Origin: Acidobacteriota bacterium
GTDB taxonomy: Bacteria > Acidobacteriota > UBA6911 > RPQK01 > JAJDTT01
Direction: 5' to 3'
Assembly (NCBI GenBank): GCA_965209055.1
Contig: OZ242374.1
Location: 5,984,001 to 6,048,000, forward strand
DNA length: 64,000 nucleotides
Made by a program: the position numbers and the translations under genes. This document shows, in pieces, positions 29,501-38,846 of this stretch (its first letter is position 1; every line of letters begins with the position of its first letter). The notes below the pieces were generated by a model. The model made no database searches, was not told the DNA's origin, and saw only the letters and a list, made by a program, of their open reading frames with translations.

Positions 29501-29664
29501 AGCACAAAAGTCTCAAGCGCTTGCTGCGGGCTGAATGGCGGGCCGGACCGGGTGCATCCGGCGAACAGCAGCGTGGTTCCCAGAAGGGAATGGAGCGCAC
29601 GCCGCCACGGCGGCGGAACTATTTTCCGAACGAGTTGGTCGTGGACGTTGAATTGAGTCGTCAC
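26599..29664 (-). CDS. PVC-type heme-binding CxxCH protein (propeller dehydrogenase domain, HEAT repeats, cytochrome c); start uncertain
   Basis: FAAEPLIRDPVAM, LEDTDGDG, FRPV..GPDGALYVVDYYR, HEAT-like repeats, CEKCH, GPDL, SGMPEGLE; lipobox LFAGC. Confidence 0.88.
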   Translation of the reverse strand: MTTQFNVHDQLVRKIVPPPWRRALHSLLGTTLLFAGCTRSGPPFSPQQALETFVLEEGFRIEVFAAEPLIRDPVAMEIDEEGRVYVVEMIGYPLNTGRNGQVKLLEDTDGDGWPDRSTVFADDLMLPTGVLRWKQGVLVTDAPDIWYLEDTDGDNRADVKTAVLTGFALTNPQHTVSNPRYGLDNWIYLAHEPPIRTVIFRDKFGDEGSKIRFPGRDEGARLENRIGNLRFRPDTHQLEAVSGSSGFGLSFDRWGRLLTLNSVRHIRQQVLAAPYLSRNPALGAASTSKDVSDHPPRVYPVTLNPKHRILTDIGNFTSACGIAVYSGGLFPAPYDRASFVADPAHNLVHSDLLKEGGVSLRASRIRDEAEFLASTDHWFRPVFVYAGPDGALYVVDYYRRIIEHPEWMSDEYHDPGPGPEALYEGGRHGRIYRITPESENPAPWNPKLALGPASDRELVESLDHPNGWWRTHAQRLLVDRRSREAVEPLREMFGSSSSPDTRLHALWTLEGLGALGTSDIQVALQDAEPGVRENAIRLAESRLDQAPALVQDLLAMTGDAHPAVRFQLLCALGWLDSPSARRARRQLLLQDMEDPWVQLAALSASAPRSLELLELAVSEFSGSASKQRVEFFRQIGTLVGAAGDPSALRRLFERVSGRGKPASDWWRAAGLEGLARGLRRESRDDGTPGISTGRLLKLAESSSPLLRSAALQLLDLAPKPLSRVGKSLPDRVLSRIGDRTLSPALRADSVRLLALLDAKSRFDLLAGLLDNREPEQVQVAAVRALARTEGDGAGKLLISKWREMTTDVRLGATATLLSRPETVELLLTSIENGDIPFWTVSQRHKSRLVMHTDPSIRARVHDLMRKLEGRRLAALERYRAALGVAGNPAQGAAVFEKNCEKCHEIEGADTGFGPDLGAVRHRSRQELLSDIMLPSRAIADNYQLYVVELNNGVLQEGVIASRTPVSVTLRREDGSETAIPRENIRAMFVSSVSGMPEGLEEEIGVKEMADLLSFLTSSAGD

Positions 29665-29837
29665 GAGTGCAGATTCTAGGAGTCTGCGCCGTAGAAATGA
29701 TCGTAGCGAGAAAGTGGAGAATCGAGGACAGATTTTCACGATTTTGAGGTGCATAGTTGTTCTATTCACCGAGAAATCGCACGAATATGGACCGATTCGC
29801 CGCTTTCGCAGTAGATTGATTTCTGCGGCGCAGGCTC

Positions 29838-30803
29838 CTAGTCCGCTTTCTGAAGCTTCTTCCTCATCTTGTCGAGCATGTCGTCGACCATGCGGTCCAT
29901 GTCGTACCCGGGTTCCCAACCCCATTCCCGCCGCGCGGCGCTGTCGTCGAGCGAGCGGGGCCAGGAATCGGCGATGGCCTGGCGGAGCGGGTCGATCTCG
30001 TAGTCCATCTCGAATTCGGGGATTCTCTTGCGAACGGCGCCGGCCAGTTCGGCGGGGGTGAAGCTCATGGCGGCGACGTTGAAGTCGGCATGGTGCCTGA
30101 GCCGGGCGAAATCGGCCTCCGCCAGGTCGATGACGGCCTTGATGGCATCGGGCATGTACATCATGGGCAGGCGTGTGTCCGGCTTGAGGAAGCAGGTGTA
30201 CCGCTTCTCCCGAATGGCCCCGAAGAAGATCAGGACGGCGTAGTCCGTGGTGCCGGCGGTCGGTTCCTGGTCCATGCAGCTGACGATTCCGGGCAGCCGC
30301 AGTCCACGGACGTCCAGGCCCACTTTCGTCGAGTAGTAGTTTCCCAGCAGCTCGCCGAACACCTTGGCGATTCCGTAGAGGGTGTTCGGCTTCTGGATGG
30401 TGTCGTTGGGGGTGGGTTCGCGGGGCGTCTCCGGACCGAACGCCGCGATGGAGCTGGGAGCGACGACCTTCTCCACTCCGCAGGCGTGGGCGGCCTCCAG
30501 AACGTTGTAGAGGCCGTTGATGTTGACCTCATGCCCACGCTGCCGCTCCTGCTCCGCCAGTGCGGAGAGGATGGTGCTCAGGTGATGGATGGCGCCGATC
30601 TCGTATTTCCAAATCGTGTCGACGACCTGGCTGTAGTCGGTGACGTCGACCACGGTGGCGGGGCCGCCTCTGATCACGGAATCGGGCAGGGCCGTCCTGT
30701 GGCCGGCCGCCACGACCATCTCGCCCCCGTAACGCGCTCTCAACGCGGGAACCAGATCCTGGCCGATCTGACCGGCCGCGCCTGTGACCAATATTCGCTT
30801 CAT
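29838..30803 (-). CDS. NAD-dependent epimerase/dehydratase, SDR-type L-threonine 3-dehydrogenase-like
   Basis: TGAAGQIG, PSSIAAFG, YGIAK, GTTDYAV, LPMMYMPD, RQAIADSWP. Confidence 0.85.
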   Translation of the reverse strand: MKRILVTGAAGQIGQDLVPALRARYGGEMVVAAGHRTALPDSVIRGGPATVVDVTDYSQVVDTIWKYEIGAIHHLSTILSALAEQERQRGHEVNINGLYNVLEAAHACGVEKVVAPSSIAAFGPETPREPTPNDTIQKPNTLYGIAKVFGELLGNYYSTKVGLDVRGLRLPGIVSCMDQEPTAGTTDYAVLIFFGAIREKRYTCFLKPDTRLPMMYMPDAIKAVIDLAEADFARLRHHADFNVAAMSFTPAELAGAVRKRIPEFEMDYEIDPLRQAIADSWPRSLDDSAARREWGWEPGYDMDRMVDDMLDKMRKKLQKAD

Positions 30804-30838
30804 GGACTTGCCCCACAACGGTCGGGAAATGACACGCG

Positions 30839-31405
30839 TCACCCTTCCAACGGTTCGGTTCCGGTCCCGGCATCACCATGTGCCAGGGAATCGGCGACTC
30901 GCTCCACGGCCTGTCGAAATGATTTCGGATCGATGGCTGGATACCGATACAGCTTGGACTCGATGGCGGCAAAAAGACGCATCAGATTCTCCGGCTCGAT
31001 CCATCCGCCCCGACCCAGCGCTTCCACGTCCTTCAGATCCTGGGCATGGCGCCGCTCAATCTTCGCGAGCGCTTGAGAATAGGGATCGTAATGATAGAAG
31101 GACACCCTTCCCTCACGGGCAACGAACAGGCTTCGCTCCCTCCACCCGGGCAGTTCGGGGATGAAGTCGGACGGTGACGCCAGCTCGATGTTTATTTTCA
31201 GATCCTCTTTCAGCCGCGGGACCGACCTGAAAACCTGATCGGTTTCGGGGAAAAACCGGATATCGACGTCGACTGTGGTCGAGCGCCAGCCCAGCAGAAC
31301 CGCAGTCGCGCCGCCGGTGAAGTACAACCGGGTCTCGACCGGCGCCGCTCGACCGACCGCGCGCATGAAACGGCGGATTCGGTCCAGGTCTGCTAGTTTG
31401 CGCAT
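30839..31405 (-). CDS. DUF6036-like nucleotidyltransferase
   Basis: LYFTGGATAVLLGWRSTTVDVD (GG...DxD), LAKIERRHAQDLKD. Confidence 0.75.
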   Translation of the reverse strand: MRKLADLDRIRRFMRAVGRAAPVETRLYFTGGATAVLLGWRSTTVDVDIRFFPETDQVFRSVPRLKEDLKINIELASPSDFIPELPGWRERSLFVAREGRVSFYHYDPYSQALAKIERRHAQDLKDVEALGRGGWIEPENLMRLFAAIESKLYRYPAIDPKSFRQAVERVADSLAHGDAGTGTEPLEG

Positions 31406-31668
31406 TCCGCCGCCCGCTCGAAGCTGACAAGCCGCCGGATCAGCGCGTTGTATTTCGAATGAGCCCCGTCAGGGTCGGATTGAGCGAGGTGCAGATACAG
31501 TTTGATTTCCGGTGAACGGATGACCCGTCTGGGAATCGGAAGCCCGATTTCGCGCAATCGGGGCGCGCCTATCGAGACCAAAAGCGCAGACACCGTCGTC
31601 TCCCCGCGCCGGAGGTCCTCGATTCCCTCGCGTACAATCTCGACTCCGGGGAATCTCTCCATATTCAT
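31393..31668 (-). CDS. Small hypothetical protein coupled to nucleotidyltransferase (putative antitoxin)
   Basis: 91 aa, overlaps the downstream NTase start; HSKYNALIRRLVSFERA. Confidence 0.65.
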   Translation of the reverse strand: MNMERFPGVEIVREGIEDLRRGETTVSALLVSIGAPRLREIGLPIPRRVIRSPEIKLYLHLAQSDPDGAHSKYNALIRRLVSFERAAECAN

Positions 31669-31713
31669 GGCCTCATTTTATCAGCCGGCGACAGGCACGA
31701 TTCGGCGCTTCGT

Positions 31714-32892
31714 TTACCGTTGCGCCGCTGCCGCGCAGATCCTTCGGGCTGCTCCCGTCACCTCCTCGTCGGTCCCGCCGAACAGCAGCCGGATGTGATT
31801 TACGGACCCGAAAAGGTCGCCCGGTTCCGCCAGGACGCCCCAGTCGAAGAGGAGCGTTCGCGCGAACTCCGCTCCCGTCAGCCCCAGTCCGCTGCTGTTG
31901 ACGAACAGGAAGGGAGCGCCTCTGGGAACGACATGGGAAAGGCCGGCGGCCGGCTCCAGTCCGGCCAGCATCAGGTCGCGGCTTCGCTGGTATCTCGGGG
32001 AAATCTCGTCGATCCATTCCTGGGGCCCCTCGATGGCGGCCTGGCCGGCGCGCTGAGCGACGTGCCCGCACTTGAGGACGCCCCACTCCAGGATCTTCCG
32101 CATGTACCGGATCAGGCGAGGCGACGCGGCGATGAACCCCAGCCTCCAGGGCTGCAGGGCGAAGGTCTTGGTGAAGCTGCAGATGGTGACGATCCGGTCC
32201 CGGTCTTCCGCAACCGAGGCGAAACGGACATGGCGGGCGCCGTCGTAGAGCATGTTGTCGTAACATTCGTCCGACACCACGTAGAGATCGTGCCGGGCCG
32301 CCACTTCCACGATGGCGCGCAGGTCCTCTTCGCCGGCCACGAATCCGGTGGGGTTGGCCGGAGAGCTCACCACGATGGCCTTGGTCCTGGGGGTGATCAC
32401 GGCCTCCAGCGCCTCCGGCGTCCACTGCCAGCCGTCCTCCTCCCGGGTTCTTGCGTAAACCGGGACGGCCCCCGCCAACTCGACCAGGCCGAAGAAGAAG
32501 AAGCTGGGACTGAAGATGACCGCCTCGTCTCCCGGGTCCAGCAGCGTGGTGAAGACGACGTCCAGCGCGTGCATGGCGCCCGCCGTCACCAGGATCTCGG
32601 CCGCCGGGTCGAAGGAGATCCCGTCCCGGTCCTCCAAGCGTCCGGCGATGGCCCGGCGAAGTCCCGGGAAGCCGCTGGAGGGAGGCTGCCGGTTGCTCTG
32701 AGCCGCCCTCGTGGCCGCTTCGATGACGTGACCGGGCGGGGCCCAGAAGGGGGCGCCCTTGAGAATGATGACCTCCTTGCCGTCCGCGATGAGCGCCTGC
32801 GCGTGATCGGCCGCTTCGCTGGAGGGCACGCGTGGCAGTCTGGCCCGCTTGGCGATGTCCAAAGACTTCCGCGCCGGTATCGACTCTCCCAT
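31714..32892 (-). CDS. PLP-dependent aminotransferase class I/II
   Basis: ILVTAGAM, SPANPTG, SDECY, SFTKTFALQPWRLG. Confidence 0.92.
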   Translation of the reverse strand: MGESIPARKSLDIAKRARLPRVPSSEAADHAQALIADGKEVIILKGAPFWAPPGHVIEAATRAAQSNRQPPSSGFPGLRRAIAGRLEDRDGISFDPAAEILVTAGAMHALDVVFTTLLDPGDEAVIFSPSFFFFGLVELAGAVPVYARTREEDGWQWTPEALEAVITPRTKAIVVSSPANPTGFVAGEEDLRAIVEVAARHDLYVVSDECYDNMLYDGARHVRFASVAEDRDRIVTICSFTKTFALQPWRLGFIAASPRLIRYMRKILEWGVLKCGHVAQRAGQAAIEGPQEWIDEISPRYQRSRDLMLAGLEPAAGLSHVVPRGAPFLFVNSSGLGLTGAEFARTLLFDWGVLAEPGDLFGSVNHIRLLFGGTDEEVTGAARRICAAAAQR

Positions 32893-32899
32893 CCCCGCC

Positions 32900-34996
32900 T
32901 CAGTTCAGTTTCCTGGGCACCGTGACCGACCAGCTCCTCTGGAAGTGCCGCGCCCCGTTGACGGTCACTTCCACATCCACCACATGATGAAAGGCCGCTT
33001 TGTCGCTGGAGGTGACCTCGTTTGCCCTGACTTCGATTTCGGAGTCCGGACGCTTGACCACGTAATCGGAAGTCGCCGCCAGAACGGCATTGGCGGGTTC
33101 CGCTTCCGACACGGTGAATCTGGAGCGGGTCACCGTGCGTTCCGATCCCTCTCCCCGGGCACCACTCGTCTCGCGGCCAAGCCGTACGGTCACCGCGTTT
33201 CCCGTGAGATCGTGGGTGATCGAATATTCCAGGGGCCTCCTCAGCAGCTTGGGGTCGGCCGTGGGGAGTTCCACAAGGTCCGGTTTCGGGAGTTTCGGAC
33301 TCTGCTCCGGAATCACCGGCAGCAGGATATGCGACGGATAACGGCGGCTGCGGTGCAGCGTGTTCACCGCCGCCTGCCCCGTAGGCCAGGCGTTTTGAAT
33401 GTCGGAGCCGGCGATGGCCACGCGAATCCGGTGCCCGGCGGCGAAGACGTAGGACATCTCCTTCACGTCCACTCCCAGCTCGTAGACCTCGCCGGGCGCC
33501 ATCGCTTCCGGCTCGAAATGCGAGTTCCGGTGAGTTCCGCTGAGACCGCCGTAGCGCACCAGCTTGGAGGTTCCGTCCGGCGCCACGTCGATGAGCTTGA
33601 CTCGGAAATAAGCCACTTCCGCCGTGGAGGAGACATGCAGCGTGGCCCGTGGGGCGCCCGACACCTCCATGTCCTCTTCCAGGGGAGGCGTGGTGTAGGT
33701 CAGGGAGTAGGCCTCGTCGGGACGCTGATCGATGGGCATGGCCCAGGGCAGAATGCCCCCGCCCCAATGCATGCCCGAGGTGACGCCGACGGTGGGCTTG
33801 TAGCCGTAACTGTCCGCGGCTTTCCCGGACCCGGGGGACGGCTCCCGGCTCAGCTTGCCGTCCTCGCGGAAGTAAAGCCTGATGGGCATGGCCCGGGCGA
33901 TGGGCCACTCCGCCTCGGAACGCCAGAATCCCGGCTCTTCCAGCGGCATCCGGGACGCGGGAGGTGCGTATTTCCGGACATACACGGTGACCGGCGGTTC
34001 GTCCACCACGCCGTTGTCAATGCCCTTGAGCCAGTAGTCGAACCATTTCAGATAGATGGGGCGGGTGTCGACGCGGGGCCCCGGGACGGCGTGCTTCTCC
34101 TCTCCGTACCAGTGTCCCCAGGGACCGACCAAGGCCTTCTTGAAGGGGACGTCCAGCCGGTCGAAGGCGCGCAGCAGAGCGGTGGGGTAGACGTCGGACC
34201 AGCCCGCCACCACGAAGACCGGACACTTGACCCGGCTGTAGCCGACGGACAGGGAGCGGTCCTGCCAATACGGTCCCTCGGTCGGGTGGGAGATGTAGCC
34301 GATCCCCCAGGGGCGATTGTTCTCCAGCCGATGCTGCCAGATCTCGCTCCATTTCACGCCGGCGATCTCGGGATCGGGAGGGGCGAAATTGAAGGCGGTC
34401 ATGAGAGGAGAGTAGCTGTCGAACATGTAGGGGCGAAGGACGCCCCCGGGATAGGTCCACTCGGTGTAGACGCTGTCGTTGGCCGAGCGGACGATGATGG
34501 TCTTGAGGTGGGGAGGGTTCTGGACGGCCACCTGCCATTGGACCACCCCGCTGTAGGACTTCCCCAGCATGCCCACGTTGCCGTTGCACCAGGGCTGGGC
34601 GGCGATCCACTCCACCATTTCGTAGGCGTCACGCCGCTCGTCGGCGGCGTAGATGTCCCGGCTCCATCCGCCGGAGTTGCCCGTGCCGCGCACGTCGTAC
34701 TGCACCACCACGTAGCCCCGCTCCGCCAGATAGGGAACGGCGGGCGGATATTCGTCCCGGTAGTCCGGCAGGGCAGGTTTCACCCGCCGGTAGGGGTTGT
34801 ATTCCATGATGGCGGGATATTTCCCCTCGGCGTCAGGCCGGGTGATCCTCAACGCCAGCTCCACGCCGTCCCGCATGGGGACGTACCGGTGGGTCACCTT
34901 GACCTTTCCCTCGTACACGGGCTGGGAAGGGCTTGCCGCGGATTGGCCGAAAACGTTGGCGGAAAGTCCGATCGTCATGAAAATGAATAAAAGCAT
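32900..34996 (-). CDS. Secreted CocE/NonD family hydrolase with C-terminal extension
   Basis: PMRDGVEL, YNPY, DVRGTG, GKSYSG, GWSDVY, GPWGH; signal peptide. Confidence 0.9.
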   Translation of the reverse strand: MLLFIFMTIGLSANVFGQSAASPSQPVYEGKVKVTHRYVPMRDGVELALRITRPDAEGKYPAIMEYNPYRRVKPALPDYRDEYPPAVPYLAERGYVVVQYDVRGTGNSGGWSRDIYAADERRDAYEMVEWIAAQPWCNGNVGMLGKSYSGVVQWQVAVQNPPHLKTIIVRSANDSVYTEWTYPGGVLRPYMFDSYSPLMTAFNFAPPDPEIAGVKWSEIWQHRLENNRPWGIGYISHPTEGPYWQDRSLSVGYSRVKCPVFVVAGWSDVYPTALLRAFDRLDVPFKKALVGPWGHWYGEEKHAVPGPRVDTRPIYLKWFDYWLKGIDNGVVDEPPVTVYVRKYAPPASRMPLEEPGFWRSEAEWPIARAMPIRLYFREDGKLSREPSPGSGKAADSYGYKPTVGVTSGMHWGGGILPWAMPIDQRPDEAYSLTYTTPPLEEDMEVSGAPRATLHVSSTAEVAYFRVKLIDVAPDGTSKLVRYGGLSGTHRNSHFEPEAMAPGEVYELGVDVKEMSYVFAAGHRIRVAIAGSDIQNAWPTGQAAVNTLHRSRRYPSHILLPVIPEQSPKLPKPDLVELPTADPKLLRRPLEYSITHDLTGNAVTVRLGRETSGARGEGSERTVTRSRFTVSEAEPANAVLAATSDYVVKRPDSEIEVRANEVTSSDKAAFHHVVDVEVTVNGARHFQRSWSVTVPRKLN

Positions 34997-35022
34997 CGTC
35001 TTCTGCCGGATCAACGTTGTCG

Positions 35023-36345
35023 TCAGCCGTTGCTCCAGTCGTATCGCCGGCGGTTCTTCCACTGGCCTTCCGTATAGTCAGGCACCTCCTGGGTGGCCCC
35101 GTTCTCACGGACGGATTTCGCAGAGAGGGGGATGAGGGAGCTCCAAGTGACGGCGTCGTAGACGTCGATCCCCGGGGTCCTGTCTTCCGTCAGGCACTTG
35201 TAGAAATGCTCGACGACGAAATAGTCGCCGCCGCCATGCCCGGTCCGCAATGCCGCCTCCCCGTGCCGGGTCCAGAAGGGGTGATCGTAACGCTCGTAGT
35301 AGTCCGGGACGGGGTCCCAGTCCTTCGACTTTCCGTCAACGAACATCCCCGCTTCGTCGTCGTACGAGGCCTTGGTGCCCTGAAGCGTGTAGTAGTCGAT
35401 GTGGTGCGGCCGCGGGGAACAGATGTCGAAGCGGAGGAAGATCACGGCTCCGTTCTCGGTCCGAATCAGGCTCACGGTGTTGTCCCCGTTCCAGGTGGCC
35501 GTAGCTCCCGGACTGTCCGGACCGAATCGCCGGATGGCGTATTCGCGAAAGCTGTAGGCCGGCGTCATCATGCTCACGCATTGCCGGAGTTGATCGCCCC
35601 GCGGGATTCCGAACCACATGGAGGTGGGGCCGAGGGCATGGGTCGGATAGGTGTTGGCGATCAGGTCCGTCCGGCTGTTGAGCGATCCGCGCCAGTTCAG
35701 CGATCCGTCCTCATCGAACTGCAGGTTCCGGGCTTCGTGGATATAGCCGCACTCGGCGAAGGTGAGGGTTCCGAAGACCCCCTTCTCGACCGCGTTCAGG
35801 ATCATCATGTTGCTGCGGGTGAAGCACAGGTTCTCCGCCATGAAATACTTGGCGTCCGTCTCCTGAGCCGCCCGCACCAGGTCCCAGCCTTCCTGAATGG
35901 TGTTGCAGGCGGGCACCTCGCTGAAGACGTGCTTGTGCGCCCGCAAGCTGTCGATGGCCATGGGTCCGTGCCACCAGGTGGGCGTAGTGATGAAGACGGC
36001 GTCGACGTCGTCGCGCTCGAGCAAGCGCCGGTAGTCGTTGGGACCGTCGGTGTAGGTGTCGGGCTCGTACCCGAGCTTTTCCCGCACCATCTCGACTCCC
36101 CGTTGAGCCGCCTCCTCCCGGAAGTCGCACAGCGCCGGAACGTCGACGTTGAACCGGTCGAGGGACGCCTTGAGGAAGAGCGTGCCCCGGCTCCCAACGC
36201 CGATGATGGCGATCCTGAACTTCTTGGAGCCGTGCTTGCCGGAGACGGCCGGCGGCGCTGCGCCGAGGGCGGCCGGAGCCACGGAGGCCGCCAATGCGGT
36301 GCCGCTCCCGGTTTGGACAAATTCCCGGCGGTTCAGTTTCTTCAT
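35023..36345 (-). CDS. Tat-exported Gfo/Idh/MocA oxidoreductase (GH109-like)
   Basis: NRREFV Tat motif, IGVGSRG, SEVP, YPTHALGP, GHGGGDY. Confidence 0.88.
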   Translation of the reverse strand: MKKLNRREFVQTGSGTALAASVAPAALGAAPPAVSGKHGSKKFRIAIIGVGSRGTLFLKASLDRFNVDVPALCDFREEAAQRGVEMVREKLGYEPDTYTDGPNDYRRLLERDDVDAVFITTPTWWHGPMAIDSLRAHKHVFSEVPACNTIQEGWDLVRAAQETDAKYFMAENLCFTRSNMMILNAVEKGVFGTLTFAECGYIHEARNLQFDEDGSLNWRGSLNSRTDLIANTYPTHALGPTSMWFGIPRGDQLRQCVSMMTPAYSFREYAIRRFGPDSPGATATWNGDNTVSLIRTENGAVIFLRFDICSPRPHHIDYYTLQGTKASYDDEAGMFVDGKSKDWDPVPDYYERYDHPFWTRHGEAALRTGHGGGDYFVVEHFYKCLTEDRTPGIDVYDAVTWSSLIPLSAKSVRENGATQEVPDYTEGQWKNRRRYDWSNG

Positions 36346-36502
36346 CGCGAATGACCTTCCTGTTGTCGGAGTGAAGACCCGGAGGGGGGATGTGAAGGTG
36401 GGCCTTTCCGGTCCCCCCGATGCCATGCGTCGGAGCTCGAGAACCCCCGGCCCCATCCCGGCCGGCTCCAGATCACCAATCTCCCAATCCTCACCGGCAA
36501 CA

Positions 36503-38581
36503 CTAGTTCAACTGGCGGGGAACCGTGATCGACCAGCTCTTGTTGAAGTGGCGGGCTCCATTGACGGTGACCTCCACGTCCGCCACGTAGCGAAACGAGG
36601 TCTCGTTGCTGGTCGTCAGCTCGTTGGATTCCACCCGAATCTTCGATTCCGGCCGATCCAAGGTATAGACCGCCTTGGCGTTGACCGTGGCCCGGGCCGG
36701 ATTCTCCGACGAGACCGTGAAACGGGAATCGATAAGGAAAGTGCCTCTCACCACGTGGAGCCGGAGCGTCGTGGTCTTGCTCACCAGATCGCGGGTAATG
36801 GAGTACTCCTTGGGCTGGGACAGGTCGTCGGGATCGGCATTGGCAAGGCGCTTCAGTCCGGGCGCGGGCAACTCCGGGTTCTGCGCAGGCACCACCGGAA
36901 TCACCAGGTGGGACGGACGACCTCTGTCCCGGTGCAGTGTAATCACCGCCGGCTTGGGCGTGGGCCAGGCATTCGGCATATCGCCGCCGGCGACGGCGAC
37001 CCGGATCCGGTGCCCCTTCGCGAACACGTAGGACATGGCCTTCAGATCGAACCTCAGTTCGTGGACGGCGCCCGTCTCCAGCGGTTCCGGACGGGAGTGC
37101 GAGTTCCGATGAGTGGCGTTGAGTCCCCCGTAGCGGACCAGCTTGGACGTTTTGTCCGGGGCCACGTCGATGAGCTTGACCCGGAAATAAGCCACCTCGG
37201 CAGTCGATGAGACGTGGAGCACCGCGGTGGGATTTCCGGTGACCTCCAAATCCTCCTCCAACGGCTCGGACGTGTAGACGAGGGAATGGGCCTCGTCCAG
37301 GCGTTGGTCCACGGGCATCCCCCAGGGATTGATGCTCCCTCCGGCATGGATGCCCGAGGTGATGCCGACGGCCGGGTCGTATTCGTAACGGTCGGATCCG
37401 GACTCCGTTCCCGACGGCCGTTCTCGGCCGAGCCGGCCGCCGTCGTGAAAGTACATGGGCGTGTTTTGGGTTCTGGGAACCGGCCAATCCATCTCCGACT
37501 GCCAGAAGCCCGGCTCCTCCAGGTACATCCTCGCCGAGGGTTCTTTGTACTGCCGCTTGAAGAGGGTCACCGGGGGTTCGTCCATCACTCCGTTGTCGAT
37601 TCCCTTGAGCCAGTAGTCGAACCACTTCAGGTATTCCAGGCGCCCGTCGATCCGGGGTCCGGGAACGGTGTTGTGGACTTCCGGCCACCAGTGTCCCCAG
37701 GGGCCGACGAGGGCCCGCTTGGGCACCTTCAGCTTGGAGAAGGCCCGAAGCAGGGCGGTCGGGTACCAGTCGGCCCAGCCGCCGATCACGAACACGGCGC
37801 ACTTGACCCGGTCGTAGCCGGGCGCCAGGGACTGGCCGCGCCAGTAGGGACCATCCAGCATGTGCTTGACGTAGCCGTAGCCCCAGGGCCGGTTGTTCTG
37901 GAGATGCTCCTCCCAGATCGCGCTCCACTTCTCCCCGGTCAGTTCCGGGTCCGGGGGAGCAAAGTTCATGGCGGTCATCTGGGGCGCATACCGCCACATG
38001 ACGAAGGGCCGGAGCACTCCGCCGGGATAGATGAACTCGGTGTAGTTGTCGTCGTTTCCGGAGCGGACGATGATGGCCTTCAGGTGCGGGGGCGCCTGCT
38101 TGGCCACCTGCCACTGCACCACTCCCCCGTAGGAAATCCCCATCATTCCGACCTTCCGGTTGCACCAGGGTCGGGCGGCGATCCACTCCACCATTTCGTA
38201 GCCGTCCCGTTGCTCGTCCTGGTTGTACATGTCCCGGGTGGAACCGCCGGAGTTGCCGGTCCCGCGGGTGTCGTACTGAACGATGGCGTAGCCCTGCCCG
38301 GCCAGGTAGAGCATGGGTTGAAACGGCCACGGCTCGTCGTCGTACTCCAGGGCGCCCTGCTTCAGGAAACGGTAGGGGTAATAGATCATGACGGCCGGAA
38401 ACCGGCCCTCGGCATCGGGGCGAATGATGCGCACCGCCAGCTCCACGCCGTCCCGCATGGCGACGCGCTCGTAGCTCACCTTGAGCTTGTCGCCGTAGGG
38501 GGTGCCGGCCATGGGGTCGCCGGAGGGTTCGGCGGAAAGGCTCACCGAAGCGAGGGTCGCGAACAGGAGAAGAAAGAACAT
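36503..38581 (-). CDS. Secreted CocE/NonD family hydrolase, close paralog of 32900-34996
   Basis: GISYGG, GWADWY, GPWGHW; colinear with the 32900 protein through to SWSITVPRQLN. Confidence 0.9.
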   Translation of the reverse strand: MFFLLLFATLASVSLSAEPSGDPMAGTPYGDKLKVSYERVAMRDGVELAVRIIRPDAEGRFPAVMIYYPYRFLKQGALEYDDEPWPFQPMLYLAGQGYAIVQYDTRGTGNSGGSTRDMYNQDEQRDGYEMVEWIAARPWCNRKVGMMGISYGGVVQWQVAKQAPPHLKAIIVRSGNDDNYTEFIYPGGVLRPFVMWRYAPQMTAMNFAPPDPELTGEKWSAIWEEHLQNNRPWGYGYVKHMLDGPYWRGQSLAPGYDRVKCAVFVIGGWADWYPTALLRAFSKLKVPKRALVGPWGHWWPEVHNTVPGPRIDGRLEYLKWFDYWLKGIDNGVMDEPPVTLFKRQYKEPSARMYLEEPGFWQSEMDWPVPRTQNTPMYFHDGGRLGRERPSGTESGSDRYEYDPAVGITSGIHAGGSINPWGMPVDQRLDEAHSLVYTSEPLEEDLEVTGNPTAVLHVSSTAEVAYFRVKLIDVAPDKTSKLVRYGGLNATHRNSHSRPEPLETGAVHELRFDLKAMSYVFAKGHRIRVAVAGGDMPNAWPTPKPAVITLHRDRGRPSHLVIPVVPAQNPELPAPGLKRLANADPDDLSQPKEYSITRDLVSKTTTLRLHVVRGTFLIDSRFTVSSENPARATVNAKAVYTLDRPESKIRVESNELTTSNETSFRYVADVEVTVNGARHFNKSWSITVPRQLN

Positions 38582-38676
38582 TTCGGGCCCCTCCGTTAAC
38601 GGCTGGTTTGCAGGGTTTCGACGAGAGGGAAAAGGATTTCGCGAGTCTATGCCCTGCCCCGACGCCGGTCAACCCG

Positions 38677-38767
38677 GGGAGCGGCGGCTCTCCAGCCGCC
38701 GCAACAGGAGCGAGGGTGGTTCACCCCCGCGTCCGGGGTCCGAAGGGGACTAACAGTCCCTCCTCCA
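38677..38767. repeat. REP-like cluster containing an intact copy of the island target hairpin
   Basis: GGAGCGGCGGCTCTCCAGCCGCCG, plus GGGGACTAACAGTCCC (38745-38760), which contains the reverse complement of the att core GGGACTGTTAGTCC. Confidence 0.7.
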
Positions 38768-38846
38768 GTTCGCGTTGCCGGGGTATCCTTGCTAGCATTC
38801 CCTCAAACGACAAGTCCACATATCTCGCCGGGACGCTGATCGAACG

